Below are positions 45,675 through 56,054 of a DNA stretch of 64,000 nt, one piece after another. Location of the stretch: NCBI GenBank assembly GCA_963707855.1, contig CAVPRQ010000013.1, positions 327,301 to 391,300 of the forward strand, written 5' to 3'. The position numbers and the translations under genes were made by a program. Under the pieces are notes generated by a model that saw only the letters and a list, made by a program, of their open reading frames with translations, had not been told where the DNA came from and searched no databases. The first letter of the stretch is position 1; each line of letters starts with the position of its first letter. This DNA is from an uncultured Thermoleophilia bacterium (GTDB lineage Bacteria > Actinomycetota > Thermoleophilia > UBA2241).

Positions 45675-46640
45675 TCAGGGCACAAGGACGATCTTGCCGG
45701 CGGCGGGCCCCTCGATGATCTCGCGGTGGGCCCGTGGCGCCTCCGCGAGCGGGAGCTCGCGGCCGACCACGGGCCGCAGGTCGCCGCCGGCGAGCCCGGC
45801 GGCGATGGCGGCGTACGCCTCGGCGAGGTCGCCCGGGGTGGCGTTCGGCAGGCGCATGGCGCGCACGTCGCCGTCGCGGTCCATGAGGTCACGCGGATCG
45901 ATCTCGACCCGCCCCCGACTGCCGACCACGACCACCCGTCCGCCCATGGAGAGCGCCCGCGGGTCGGCCCCGAGGTTGACGTTGGCGAGCAGCTCGACGA
46001 TGAGGTCCACGCCGCGCCCGGCGGTGAGCTCGACCGCGGCGGAGAGGTGGCCAGGTTCGTGGTGGTCGAGGACATGGTCGACGCCCTGGGCGGCGACGAG
46101 GGCGCGGCCGCCCTCGCTTCCGGCGGTCGCGATGACCCTGAGCCCGGCGGCGAGGGCGAACTGCACGGTCGCAAGCCCGACCCCGCCGCTCGCGCCGTGG
46201 ACGAGGACCGTCTCGCCGGCGACGGCGCGGCCGCGCTGGAACAGCGCTCGATACGCCGTCACGTACGGGACGCCGAGCGCCGCGCCCTCGGCGAAGCTCA
46301 TCTCGTCCGGCAGGCTGCGGACCTGCTCCGTCCTGCACACCGTCAGCTCCGCGTACGTGCCGCTGACAGACCCGGCGGTGTACACGCGCTGGCCGACCAC
46401 GCGCCGCCACGCGCCCCCGGGGCCAAGCGCGACGATCACGCCGCCGGCGTCCGACCCGGGCGTGTAGGGCAGGTCCGGGAGCTCACGGTACGTCCCGGAC
46501 CTGACGTAGGTGTCGACCGGGTTCACGCCGGCGGCGCCGACGCGCACGAGGACCTCCCCGGGTCCGGCCACCGGCTCGGGCGCGTCCTCGATGCGCAGGA
46601 CCTCTGGGGCGCCGAAATCGCGCACGCGGATCGCCTGCAT
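45675..46640 (-). CDS. NADPH:quinone reductase (MDR/zeta-crystallin family)
   Basis: GVNPVD, PGSDAGG, HGASGGVG, GKIVL. Confidence 0.9.
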   Translation of the reverse strand: MQAIRVRDFGAPEVLRIEDAPEPVAGPGEVLVRVGAAGVNPVDTYVRSGTYRELPDLPYTPGSDAGGVIVALGPGGAWRRVVGQRVYTAGSVSGTYAELTVCRTEQVRSLPDEMSFAEGAALGVPYVTAYRALFQRGRAVAGETVLVHGASGGVGLATVQFALAAGLRVIATAGSEGGRALVAAQGVDHVLDHHEPGHLSAAVELTAGRGVDLIVELLANVNLGADPRALSMGGRVVVVGSRGRVEIDPRDLMDRDGDVRAMRLPNATPGDLAEAYAAIAAGLAGGDLRPVVGRELPLAEAPRAHREIIEGPAAGKIVLVP

Positions 46641-46649
46641 GACGTCCTC

Positions 46650-47817
46650 TCAGGGCACCGTGAAGGTGAGCCCGTTGGCGAGATGCCCGATGATCCTGTA
46701 CGCCTGGCCGCCTTCGAGCTGCTCGTATGTGTAGTCCCCCGGCTGGTCCCCGGCCACCATGGGCTGTCCGGTGAACGGGTTCGTCGGCCACGGCGCGACG
46801 AACTGGCCGACGCCGCCGTCGGCCGTGACCTCCTCGACCGGCGGGTAGCTCCCGTTGTCGGTGGCCCAGTTCAGCACTCCCACCTGGATCTGGACGATGG
46901 CGTCGACGACCTGCTGGTCGTACTGGGCGGTATCGGTCCCGGTGGGCGAGGGCGTGGGAGACGCCGAGCCGGTCGGCGAAGCCGAGGGGCTCGGCGTCGG
47001 TGTCGGGACGGGCACCGGCGTCGGGGTGGGCCCGGCCTCCAGAGCGTCGACGCGCGCGAACTCGAGCGGGGCCCCTTCCTGGCCCATCGCCGAGAGCCGC
47101 AAGGTCAGGATGTCGCGCTCCTCGTCGTAGGTCAGCCGTGCCTCGACCATCCCCAGTTGCGACTGGGTGTCGGTGAACTTGAAGGTGAGCGCCTCGCCGT
47201 CGTGCGCCGCCGGGTACGTGCCGGTGAGCTCGAGGTCGGTGTCGTACATCGCCACGTCGAAGTCCCCGTCCTGCGACGTGATGACGAGTCCGCCGCCTTC
47301 TCCGCTGACCGGAGCCCAGCTGCCCACGAACTGCTCGCCGCTGTCGCGGAGGACGAAGGCCCAGAGAAGGACGAGGGCCAGGATCGCGACGGAGGCGGCG
47401 GCGAGCACGGCCCACAGGGTCGTGCGACGGTCGCCACCGCCCGACGGCGTGAGGGTCCGCGGCACGGGCGCGAACGGCGGCGCGGGAGGCGGCGGGGAGG
47501 CGGGCCCGCCGGCGGCGGGCGCGATCTCCGTGACCGCGGCATCGTCGGCGATGACCTGCGGTCGCGCGTCGCGTCCGCGGCGACGACCTCGGTCGGCGCG
47601 TCCCGCGGCGAGGACCTCGGTCGGCGCATCCTCCGCGGTCACGACCTCGGTCGGCGTGTCGTCCGGCGCCACGGCCGCTGGCTGGTTCAGCGGCGGCGTT
47701 GGGGTCGGCCTTCGATGTGGATGAGCGCGGCGGCTTGGCGGCGTCGGCCGCCGGCTTGCGCGGTCGTCTCGCTCCTCCGGCCGGCTTCTTGTTCGGCGGC
47801 TTCGCCTCGTCGGTCAT
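46650..47817 (-). CDS. Membrane-anchored modular protein with PTEV repeats, Pro/Thr linker and pseudopilin-head-like C-terminal domain (frameshifted)
   Basis: TM LAAASVAILALVLLWAFVL; PTPTP linker; WPTNPFT...PGDYTY. Confidence 0.7.
47585..47661. repeat. Three ~30-bp coding repeats (D-A/T-PTEV)
   Basis: gacctcggtcggcg occurs three times at ~30-bp spacing. Confidence 0.6.
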
Positions 47818-47959
47818 GCCGTCCCTCCCTGACATCCTCCGTCTGCGCCTCAGCGTACCGCGCCCGCGCTGAGGGCGCTACAGGTCGAGTCGCGGCCGAG
47901 GCGCGGACGGCGGCCCTCACGCGGGAGGCGTCGTCGCCCTCCGAGCTCGCGCGGAAGCC

Positions 47960-49280
47960 TCAGTCCGCCGCCTCGATCTGGGCCCACAGGTCGAAGAACG
48001 TGGGGCACGTCTTGCGCACGCAGGCGGGGTCTTCGATGACCACGCCGGGGACGCGGAGGCCGAGCACACTGAAGCTCATCGCGATGCGGTGGTCGCCGTG
48101 CGGGTCGATGGCGGCGCCGTGCGCCGGGCCCGGCAGGACACGAAGGTGAGTCCGGGCCCGACTCCGTGCGCACCCCGACCCGGCGCAGGCCCTCCTCCAC
48201 GGCGGCGATGCGGTCGGACTCCTTGAGGCGGACGTTGGCGATGCCCGTCATCGTGACCGGGGACGAGGCGAACGGCGCGATCGCGGCCAGGGTCATGAAC
48301 GTGTCGGGGATGTCGGCCATGTCGACGGCGAGGCCGGCGAGGGGCGCCGGCGCCGCAGGCGTCCCGGCGCCCCTCGCGACGCCATGAGGGCCTTCGACGG
48401 TGAGCCCCGATTCGTCGTCGGTCACGCGGCAGCCCATCGCCTCGAGGACGTCGACGAAGCGGACGTCGCCCTGCAGCCCGCCGCGGCGCCGCAGGCCCGG
48501 CACGGTCACCCGTCCGCCCGTGACCGCCGCGGCGGCGAAGAAGTACGACGCCGTCGAGGCATCCGGCTCCACGGCGTACGTCCGGGCACGATAGGTCGAT
48601 GGCCGCAGCCGGAAGGCGGCGTAGGCGTCGCGCTCGGCCTCGACCCCGAACTGCCCCATCATCGCCAGGGTCATGTCGACGTAGGGACGGCTGACAAGCC
48701 CGTCGACGGCGATCGTCAGAGGTCCGCGGGCGAGCGGCGCCGCCATGAGCAGGGCCGAGACGAACTGGCTCGAGACGTCCCCGGGCAGGCTGACGGTCCC
48801 GCCGGCGAGGCCGCCGGCGACGACCGTCACCGGGAGCGAGGTCGCGCCGGCCGGCTCGAAGACCGCTCCCTGGGCGCGCAGCGCCTCGAGGAGCGGCCCC
48901 ATCGGCCGGCGCCTGAGCTGTCCGGAGGCGTCGAGCGTGAAGCGGCCGTGACCGGCGGCGCAGGCGGCGAGCAGAAAGCGGGCCGCCGTGCCGGCGTCGG
49001 CGCACCAGACGGTCGCCGCCGAAGACGGGATGCGGCCGGCCGCCCCGCGCACGCGCAGGCGGCCGGCCGCGTCCTCGGAGATCTCGAACCCCAAGCTGCG
49101 CAACCCGTCGACGAAGGCCGCCGTGTCGTCCGCGACGAGCGCTCCGCGCAGGGTCGAGTCGCCATCCGCCAGGGCGGCGAGCAGCAGCGCCCGGTTGGTG
49201 ACGCTCTTCGAGCCGGGCACGCGGACGACGACGTCGAGGCCGGGCCGCGCCGGCGTTATCGCTCGCGGCGCGACGGTCAT
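47960..49280 (-). CDS. aroA: EPSP synthase (frameshifted near C-terminus)
   Basis: PGSKSVTNR, AGTAARF, RRPM, SSQFVS, RLKESDR, DHRIAM, KTCP. Confidence 0.95.
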
Positions 49281-49319
49281 CGCGCGCGTCCCCCGCGATC
49301 TCGGTGCACGCGCTTCGCC

Positions 49320-49677
49320 CTACAGCTCCGAGACCACGTAGTCGGCGAGGGCCTGGATCTGCGCCTCGGTAAGGTCGCCGGAGAACGACGGCATCCCGCC
49401 GCCGCCGCTCGCTGATCTGCTCGGCGATGCCGCCGACGTTGTCCTCGCCGCGAAGATCGGGGCCGTTGCCGCCGCTGCCGTCGGCTTGGTGGCAGCCGGC
49501 ACAGTTATCGGCGTAGAGCGCGGCGGGGTCGTCCGCGGCCTGCGTCGGCGTGCTCGCCGGCGAGGTCGCCGCCGGCGTCGAAGCAGGCGTCGTCTCATCG
49601 GTCGTCTCCTCGCCGCAGGCGGCGAGGCCGACCACGGCAGAGAGCACGAGGGCGAGCAGGAGCAGGTTGCGAAGCAT
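49320..49677 (-). CDS. Monoheme lipoprotein cytochrome c (frameshifted)
   Basis: Lipobox LAAC; CAGCH; distal GMPSF. Confidence 0.88.
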
Positions 49678-49895
49678 CGTACGTTCTCCCTTCTCGGGGT
49701 GGGCCGTCCCCCCTCCAGGGCCGGATCGACAGGCTCACTCTACAATGCCGGCCGCATCGAGGTGGGCGCGGGCGGCGTTGAGTCTCCGGACGAGAGGGCC
49801 AAGACCGGGAGACTGCTGATCGGGATATGGAGGCTCGTCGGACAGGGGATCGCCACCACGGGACTCCTCGCGCTGCCGCAGCGCGCCGGCGCCGC

Positions 49896-50666
49896 TCAGA
49901 GTGTCCCGGTGCCCGCCTTGACGAACTCGGTGACCGGCATGGTGGTCTGGTCGCCGCCGACCTTCGACTTGCCGGCGACCGTCATCACGAGGTGGCCGTC
50001 CGCGCCGCGCACGCGGAGCATCATCTTGAAGTCCTCGACCGCCGCCTCGAACAGCGGCGCGAACCATCTCGACCGCGGCCTTCTGCTGCGCATCGTCGCC
50101 GACCGCCTCAAGCTTGATCTCGAGCGCCTCGCCGTCGAGGTCGGTCTTCAGCGGCCCTACGCGCTGCTTGTCGGCGCCGACCATGGTGACCTCGATGCCG
50201 TCGTCGCCATGCTCGATCACGAGGCTGCCCTCGTCGCTCTTGACCGCGGTCCAGGTGCCGATGAACTCGTCACCGCCGCCGCCGCCGCGGAGGACGAAGA
50301 ACCAGACCGCGACGATGGCGACCACGCGCGACGGCGGCGCCGACGAGCACGAGCTTCGTCGCCTGGGAGAGGCCGCCGGACTTGGCCGGCTTGGCCTGCG
50401 GCATGGGGGTGCCGTACGGCGGTCATTCCTTCGGTCGCGCTGCCGAAGCCGGCAGGACCCGGCTCCACGCCGCCGTAGCTCGCGGCGCCGTACGCCGACG
50501 AGGCCGCGGCTTGCGAGGCGTACGGGCTGTAGCCCTCCGTGCCGTACGCGCTCTCCTCGCCGCCGCCCGCGTCCTCAGAGGGCGACTGCGCGACCGGAGC
50601 GCCGCAGAACCCGCACGTCCAGACGTCGTCGCGGATCTCCTTGCCGCAGTTGTTGCAGATGGCCAT
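49896..50666 (-). CDS. Zinc-ribbon membrane protein (frameshifted)
   Basis: CNNCG...CGFCG; TM followed by DEFIGTW domain. Confidence 0.7.
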
Positions 50667-50884
50667 GGCGTGCCCTCCGGGGTCGCGCCCCTCCAGCAGA
50701 GCGTGTCAGGGTGAAGTATCGGCCGAAGCGGCCGACCCTGTAGGGAATGAGCTTCGCGACGAGGGGCCCGGCCACCTGCGGCGCCGGGCCCCGGAAGCCT
50801 GGAACCGGAGCCTCCGGAAGCGCCCGGCGATCACCCTACGCATCGGCCTCGCGTCCCCAGCGCGTCGGCCGCTGCAGCCCGTCG

Positions 50885-51786
50885 TCAGGGCCGCGGCGGC
50901 TTGGGGGTCGCTGCGATCTCCAGGCCGATCAGGGTGCGGAAGGCATCGGGATCGTCGGTGTCGCGTTCGTCGACGAGGTACGTCTCGCTGAACCGGCCGG
51001 TCAGCGGCAGGTCGTGTTCGGCGACCCAGGCGATCAAGCAGGCCGACGTCGTGGACATCTCACCATACGGACCGGGGTGCACAGCGGTGGCGACCGTGGC
51101 GGGCGGTGTGTGGCGAACGGCGGCGGGAGTGTCTCGCCTGCGTGCGGAGAAGTCGACCGGCGCGCTCACCTCGACGCGGTAGTCGTGTGTCAGGTCGAAG
51201 TCGGCGAAGTAGGTGGCCGTCTCGCGGCCGAGCGGTTCCAGCCTGTGGGCGTCGAGGAGGCCGGCAAGTCGATCGAGCAGCCGGTCGACCGTCGCCTCAT
51301 GGGTCTCGTGCGTGCACTGCGCGGCACAGACGAGGTCGACGTGCGCCGCGACGTCACGCACGGCTATCTCCGTCGACAGACCTCGCGAAGGATCGGCGTT
51401 GATGTTCTCAGATGGTCGAGCAGCCGGTCGGTCGCGGCGAGCTCCTCGGCAAGGTGCAGCCTGCGTCGCGCAAGGAGCACGGGCAGCGGCGTCGCTTCAT
51501 CGGCGCGCAACGCTGCCGCCACGTCGCGGAGCGGCACGCCCACCGAGCGCAGCAGCCGGATCGTCTCGGCGGTGCGCACCTGCTGCAGGCTGTAGTAGCG
51601 GTAGTGGGTCTGCGGGTCGATGTGGGCGGGTCGCAGAAGCCCGTAGCGTTCGTACGTCTTCAACGCCTTGCGCGTCAGCTGGGTGAGGCGGGCGAAGACG
51701 CCGATCGGCAGACGGCGGTCTCCCGCGGGAGCGGGCTGCCGGGCTCGACTACCATGGACGTCTGGGAGCCGGTGCCGGTAGTCCAT
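50885..51786 (-). CDS. MerR family regulator with GyrI-like effector domain (BmrR/BltR type; frameshifted near 51365)
   Basis: IGVFARLT..LKTYERYGLLRPAHIDPQTHYRYYS; HPGPY, ETYL. Confidence 0.88.
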
Positions 51787-51882
51787 CGCCGGCCCGCGAT
51801 CTGGCGCCGCGATCTCGTAATGATGCCAAACGAGCGTCCACTGACCTGCCTAGGCTGGCTCGGGAACGTGACAGCTCCTCTG

Positions 51883-51913
51883 ATGCTACGCCTTCGGTCG
51901 GGGCCGAGGTCAA
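51883..51913 (-). promoter_or_regulatory. MerR-type promoter TTGACC-N19-TAGCAT
   Basis: 19-bp spacer containing dyad TCGG-N6-CCGA, upstream of the merR gene. Confidence 0.7.
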
Positions 51914-51920
51914 GCGCGAA

Positions 51921-51966
51921 GGCGGGCGGGGCGGGCGGCGTCGTGACGCCGCCCGCCCCGCCCGCC
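51921..51966 (-). terminator. Terminator hairpin after the flavoprotein gene
   Basis: Perfect ~21-bp GC stem ggcgggcggggcgggcggcgtc / gacgccgcccgccccgcccgcc. Confidence 0.75.
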
Positions 51967-51994
51967 AAACAGCCCAGGCACGGGAAGGCTAGGG

Positions 51995-53970
51995 CTACGC
52001 CTGCGTCGACTGCTCCTTCGCCGCCAGCACTGCCGCGTCGATCGCCGAGTCGACGTAGGCCTGGGAGCGGCGGTCGGTGTTGGCGAAGGTGATCTTGCCG
52101 AACGGCTTCGCGGCAACGTCGCCGGGCAAGGGGACCGTCGGGGTAGAACGCCTTGTCCCACGGCATGGCGTACTCGAACGAGTAGCCGTGCGCCCAGCGG
52201 TTGATCGGTGATCGCCTGGATGTCCTCGGCCGGGTCGAAGCCGGCGGAGCCCAGCGTGCGCGCCATGAGGTCGCGCATCTTCCGCTCCATGTCCTCGAAG
52301 CTCATCTTGTAGAGGTCCTGGCGGCCGACCTTCACGCCCTCGCGCGGCGGCATGCCCAACTCCGCCGGTGTGGCGTTCCAGTGCAGGAGGATCGGCTCGT
52401 CGGGGTCGCTCGGGTGTTCGTAGCCGCCCATGCTCACCGGCATGTCGAGGGAGAAGCCCAGCCAGAACGACCCCGGACCGACGGTGCGGACGTCCTGGAT
52501 CTTCAGCTTCTCGAAGGCGCGCCAGTTCGAGATCAGCGTGTTGGCGTAGACCAGCGGGATGCGGGTCATGTACTGGGCCGCCTGCTTCTGCTCATCGGGG
52601 TAGTCCTCGACGATGTAGGGCAGCATCGAGTACCAGCAGGCCATCACGGCGCCCTTGCCCTTGACGTTGCGCAGCTCGCCGTTCTGGACGTACGTGACCT
52701 CCACCCCGTCGTCGGTGTTGCGCACCTTCACGACGGGACTGCACAGTCGGATCCGCGTACGGTTCCCCGGATTGGTCGAGACGGGCGTAGTCGAGGCGCG
52801 CGAGCACCTGGTCCTCCATCGTGCGGCCGGGCAGGGCCTCGGGGACCAGCTGACGCACCAGCAGGCGAGGGATGCCATGACAGCCGTCGGGGAAGTGGTA
52901 GATGTAGGGTTCCTCCTCCCAGAACTGCTTCTCGGTCGGCGCGTTGTACTTGTAGGGCTTCGCCCAGCTGAGCCCCAGGCCGTCGAAGCCGGGATACCGT
53001 CGGCCCAGGCGTCGATGGCGCCGATGCCGTCGGCGCCGTAGCCCCAGTACCCGCTCGACGCCTTGGAAAGGTACTTCACGGCGTCGGGATCGACCTTGGC
53101 GAAGTCGGTCATCCACTGCGTGTAGGTGATCTCGCTCAGCTTCGCCCACTTCTCCTCCTGCGACATGCCGGGGAGCCAGTCCGCGGGGCTCTCGCTCAGC
53201 ATGGCGAGGTCCTTCTTGCCCTGCTCCGACATCGGGGCGTCCTTGAGGAAGTCGGGGTCGTATGCCGAGCATGTCGGGAGTCCTGATCGCGACATAGTCG
53301 CTGCCCCACGTCTCCTTGTCGAAGAAGGTGGCCGAGTTGACGAGCCCGAGCGTCTCGTAGAACTTCTGGTCGTAGTAGTCGAAGAAGGGCTCGAGCTTGA
53401 CGCCGATCTCGTCGAGGACGGCCTTCGCCCCCGGGCTGAAGGTCTTGGGATGGTCGATCGACTGCGTGCCGCCGTAGCCGATGATCGGCGGCCGAAGCGC
53501 CGCGACCACGGGCGTGTACTCGTTGCGCCGCGCGTGGCCGCCGAAGTCGTCGTGGTTCTCGAGTACCAGGACGCGGGCGTCGGGGTTGTCGCGGGCGTAC
53601 AGGTAGGCGGCGGCGAGGCCGCTGATGCCGGCGCCGACGACGACGAGGTCGTAGCTCTCGCCGGTGTCCTCGGCGTCCTTCTGGCCCTCCCAGAAGGTGC
53701 CGTCCCGCAGTGCGTGGGGGACCGCGTACGCGGGGTTGATGCTGCCCCGCAGCCCGGTCAGCGCCGGCGGATACGGCGCCCAGCGCCGCCGTCTCCAGCG
53801 TGCCCGTCTCCCCGCAGCCGGCCAGGACGGCCGCCAGATCCGCCGGCGACCGATCCGGCGAGGATGGCCCCGCCGACGGTGAGGGCGGCGCCGTCGAGGA
53901 AGTCGCGGCGCGTGATCTTGCGGTCCATCCCCAGTTCTCTGTCTCTCTTCGCGTCAGGCGACTCGGACAT
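51995..53970 (-). CDS. Tat-exported FAD oxidoreductase, spermidine dehydrogenase (SpdH)-like (several frameshifts)
   Basis: LGMDRKITRRDFLDG, YPPALTGLRG, VVVGAGISGL, ENHDDFGGHARRNE, HFPDG, RWAHGYSFEY, AYVDSAID. Confidence 0.85.
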
Positions 53971-53982
53971 CGCTCCCCCTTG

Positions 53983-54557
53983 TCAGTACGCATCGAAGAT
54001 CGTTGACGTGTGACGCCCGTCCGCCGGGGTCGTGCAGGCGGGACTGCGGGGGCCATTCCGGGATCGTCGGCGGAGGCGCGGTGGTCGCTCCGCGCCGGCC
54101 GATATCGCGGCGACGATGGTGAGGGCCAGCAGCAGAGCCACGGCCACCAGGGCGATCACTCTGGGCGCCACTCTCAGCGGGCGCGTGCGCCCGAGGAGCC
54201 TTCGTCTTGGCGGGCGCCGGTCGACGAACGGGACGGCGAGAAGGAGCACGACGAGCAGCGACGGCACCAGGACGGTGCCGACGCCTCGAAGCTGCCCTTG
54301 AAGTACTTGAGGAGCTGGAAGAGCCAGAGGAAGTACCACTCCGGCCGCGGGGTGAAGCCGGCGGCGTCGCGACTCGCGGTCTCCTCGAGCGGGGCCTTCG
54401 TCAGCGCCGCCACGACGATGAGGGCGATCAGCATGGCCAGGGCGACCGAGGCCTCGTAGACGAAGAGGTCGGGGAAGAAGCGCCTCTGGCTCGCGGCCGT
54501 GCCGTGGGTCTTGCAGCGGCTGCGCGTCGTGACGCCGCTGCTTGTCGGTCGTTGCAC
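53983..54557 (-). CDS. Cytochrome b6f/bc subunit IV (frameshifted, end uncertain)
   Basis: FFPD, PRPEWYFL, LAVPFVDR; no CxxCH. Confidence 0.85.
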
Positions 54558-55240
54558 TCACAGCGGTGTGGCGATGCCTTGACGGCGCACCATGGCGAAA
54601 TGGAGCAGCAGCCCGACACGAGGAGGGCCGGCAGGACGAAGACATGGGCGGCGTAGAAGCGCAGAAGGGTGAGGGCGCCGAGCTCGGGGCCGCCGCGCAG
54701 CAGGTCGGCGATGAAGGGGCCGACGAAGGGCACCGAGTCGGCCATGTTGATGCCGACGTTGGTCGCCCAGTACGCCTTCTGGTCCCAGGGCAGCAGGTAG
54801 CCGGTGAAGCCGAAGGCCAGCACCGTGATCAGCATCAGGACGCCGACCACCCAGTTGAGCTCGCGCGGCTTGCGGTAGGCGCCGTGCACGAACACCCTGA
54901 CCATGTGGACGAGGACGAGCCCGACCATGGCGTAGGCGCTCCAGCGGTGCAGGTTGCGGACGATCGAACCGAGCAGCAGAGAGCTCTCGATCCAGGCGAC
55001 GGACGCCCGCGCGTGATCGGGCGAGGGCACGTAGAAGAAGGCGAGGACGACGCCGGTCACGACGAGCACGACGAACGCGAAGAAGGTCATGCCGCCGAAG
55101 CAGTAGTACCAGGTGATGCCCTCCGGCACCGGCTTGCCGAGCACCCGGGCCAGCGGCCCGCGCACCTCGAGGCGCTCGTCGAGCGCGTCCAAGCTCCGCG
55201 CGAGCGGACCGGCGGCGGGTCGCTCCGCCGGGATGCTCAC
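54558..55240 (-). CDS. Cytochrome b6-type short cytochrome b (frameshifted near C-terminus)
   Basis: YYCFGG, RNLHRWSA, HMVRV, TGYLLPWDQ, AHVF, LHFAMVRRQGIATPL. Confidence 0.92.
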
Positions 55241-55796
55241 GACTTCGCCCTTCTCGCAGGCGGCCGACGTAGAGCACGCCGTCCTCCACCTTGACGTCGT
55301 AGCGATCGAGCGGACGCGGCGGGGGGCCGTCGGTGACCTCGCCGCTGTCGTCGTACACGGCGCCGTGGCAGGCGCAGAGGAACTCGCGTGACGTCGAGCT
55401 CCAGCTCAACGGACATCCGAGGTGCGTGCAGCGGGCGTCGAAGACGGTGAACGCGCCGCCGCCCTCGCACACCAGGAACACCGGCGTCTTCTGGTCCTCG
55501 GGTGGCAGGTAGGCGTCCGTCACTGTCCGAGTGAAGGTCGTCGGGACGACCGTACCGGCGACCGACAGATCGGGCTGCCCCGGCTCGCGCGGAGTCGATG
55601 CTGCCGACAGGGGTCCAGTCGGCGTTCTCGTCACGCGACGCGGAGGCAACGAACGGTGTCAGTCCGAGCACCCCGAGTATCGCCGCGACTGCGCCGGCGG
55701 CGAGACCCCGATCCATGCCAGGAAGCGCCTCCGGGTCATGGGCGGCTCGACGCGCGCAGCATCGGGGTTCTCGGCGTCATCGCCTTGTCGATCCAT
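55237..55796 (-). CDS. Rieske [2Fe-2S] protein (frameshifted)
   Basis: Tat motif MTRRRFL; CTHLGC and CACHG; GPPPRPL. Confidence 0.9.
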
Positions 55797-55855
55797 CGAG
55801 CCTCGCTTCCGCGCTCGTCCGGTGTTGGGGCGGGATTGCGGCCGGTGCGCCATTG

Positions 55856-55886
55856 AGGCTAGAGATGGCCCTAGGGGTCAGGTCAA
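55856..55886 (-). promoter_or_regulatory. MerR-type promoter TTGACC-N19-TAGCCT
   Basis: 19-bp spacer with palindrome CCCTAGGG, 60 bp upstream of the Rieske ATG. Confidence 0.72.
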
Positions 55887-56054
55887 GCAGGGGAGGGATG
55901 GAGTCGTCCCCGGCCGTCGCCAGAGCCCGTTTCAGGGTCTGCGATCAGAACTGGCGGCAGCGTCCCCGCGCGCTGCTGGTTGCGCGACGCCAAGAGCGGC
56001 TCGGCGGCAAGGATTGCGGGACCTGGGTTCAGCGCGCGGCAGAAACGGGCGGCG

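Noticed and set aside
44682-48149. Very long ORFs such as the 1155-aa plus-strand ORF and 32220-35090 minus
   Set aside because: Antisense shadows of real genes in high-GC DNA; no recognisable motifs
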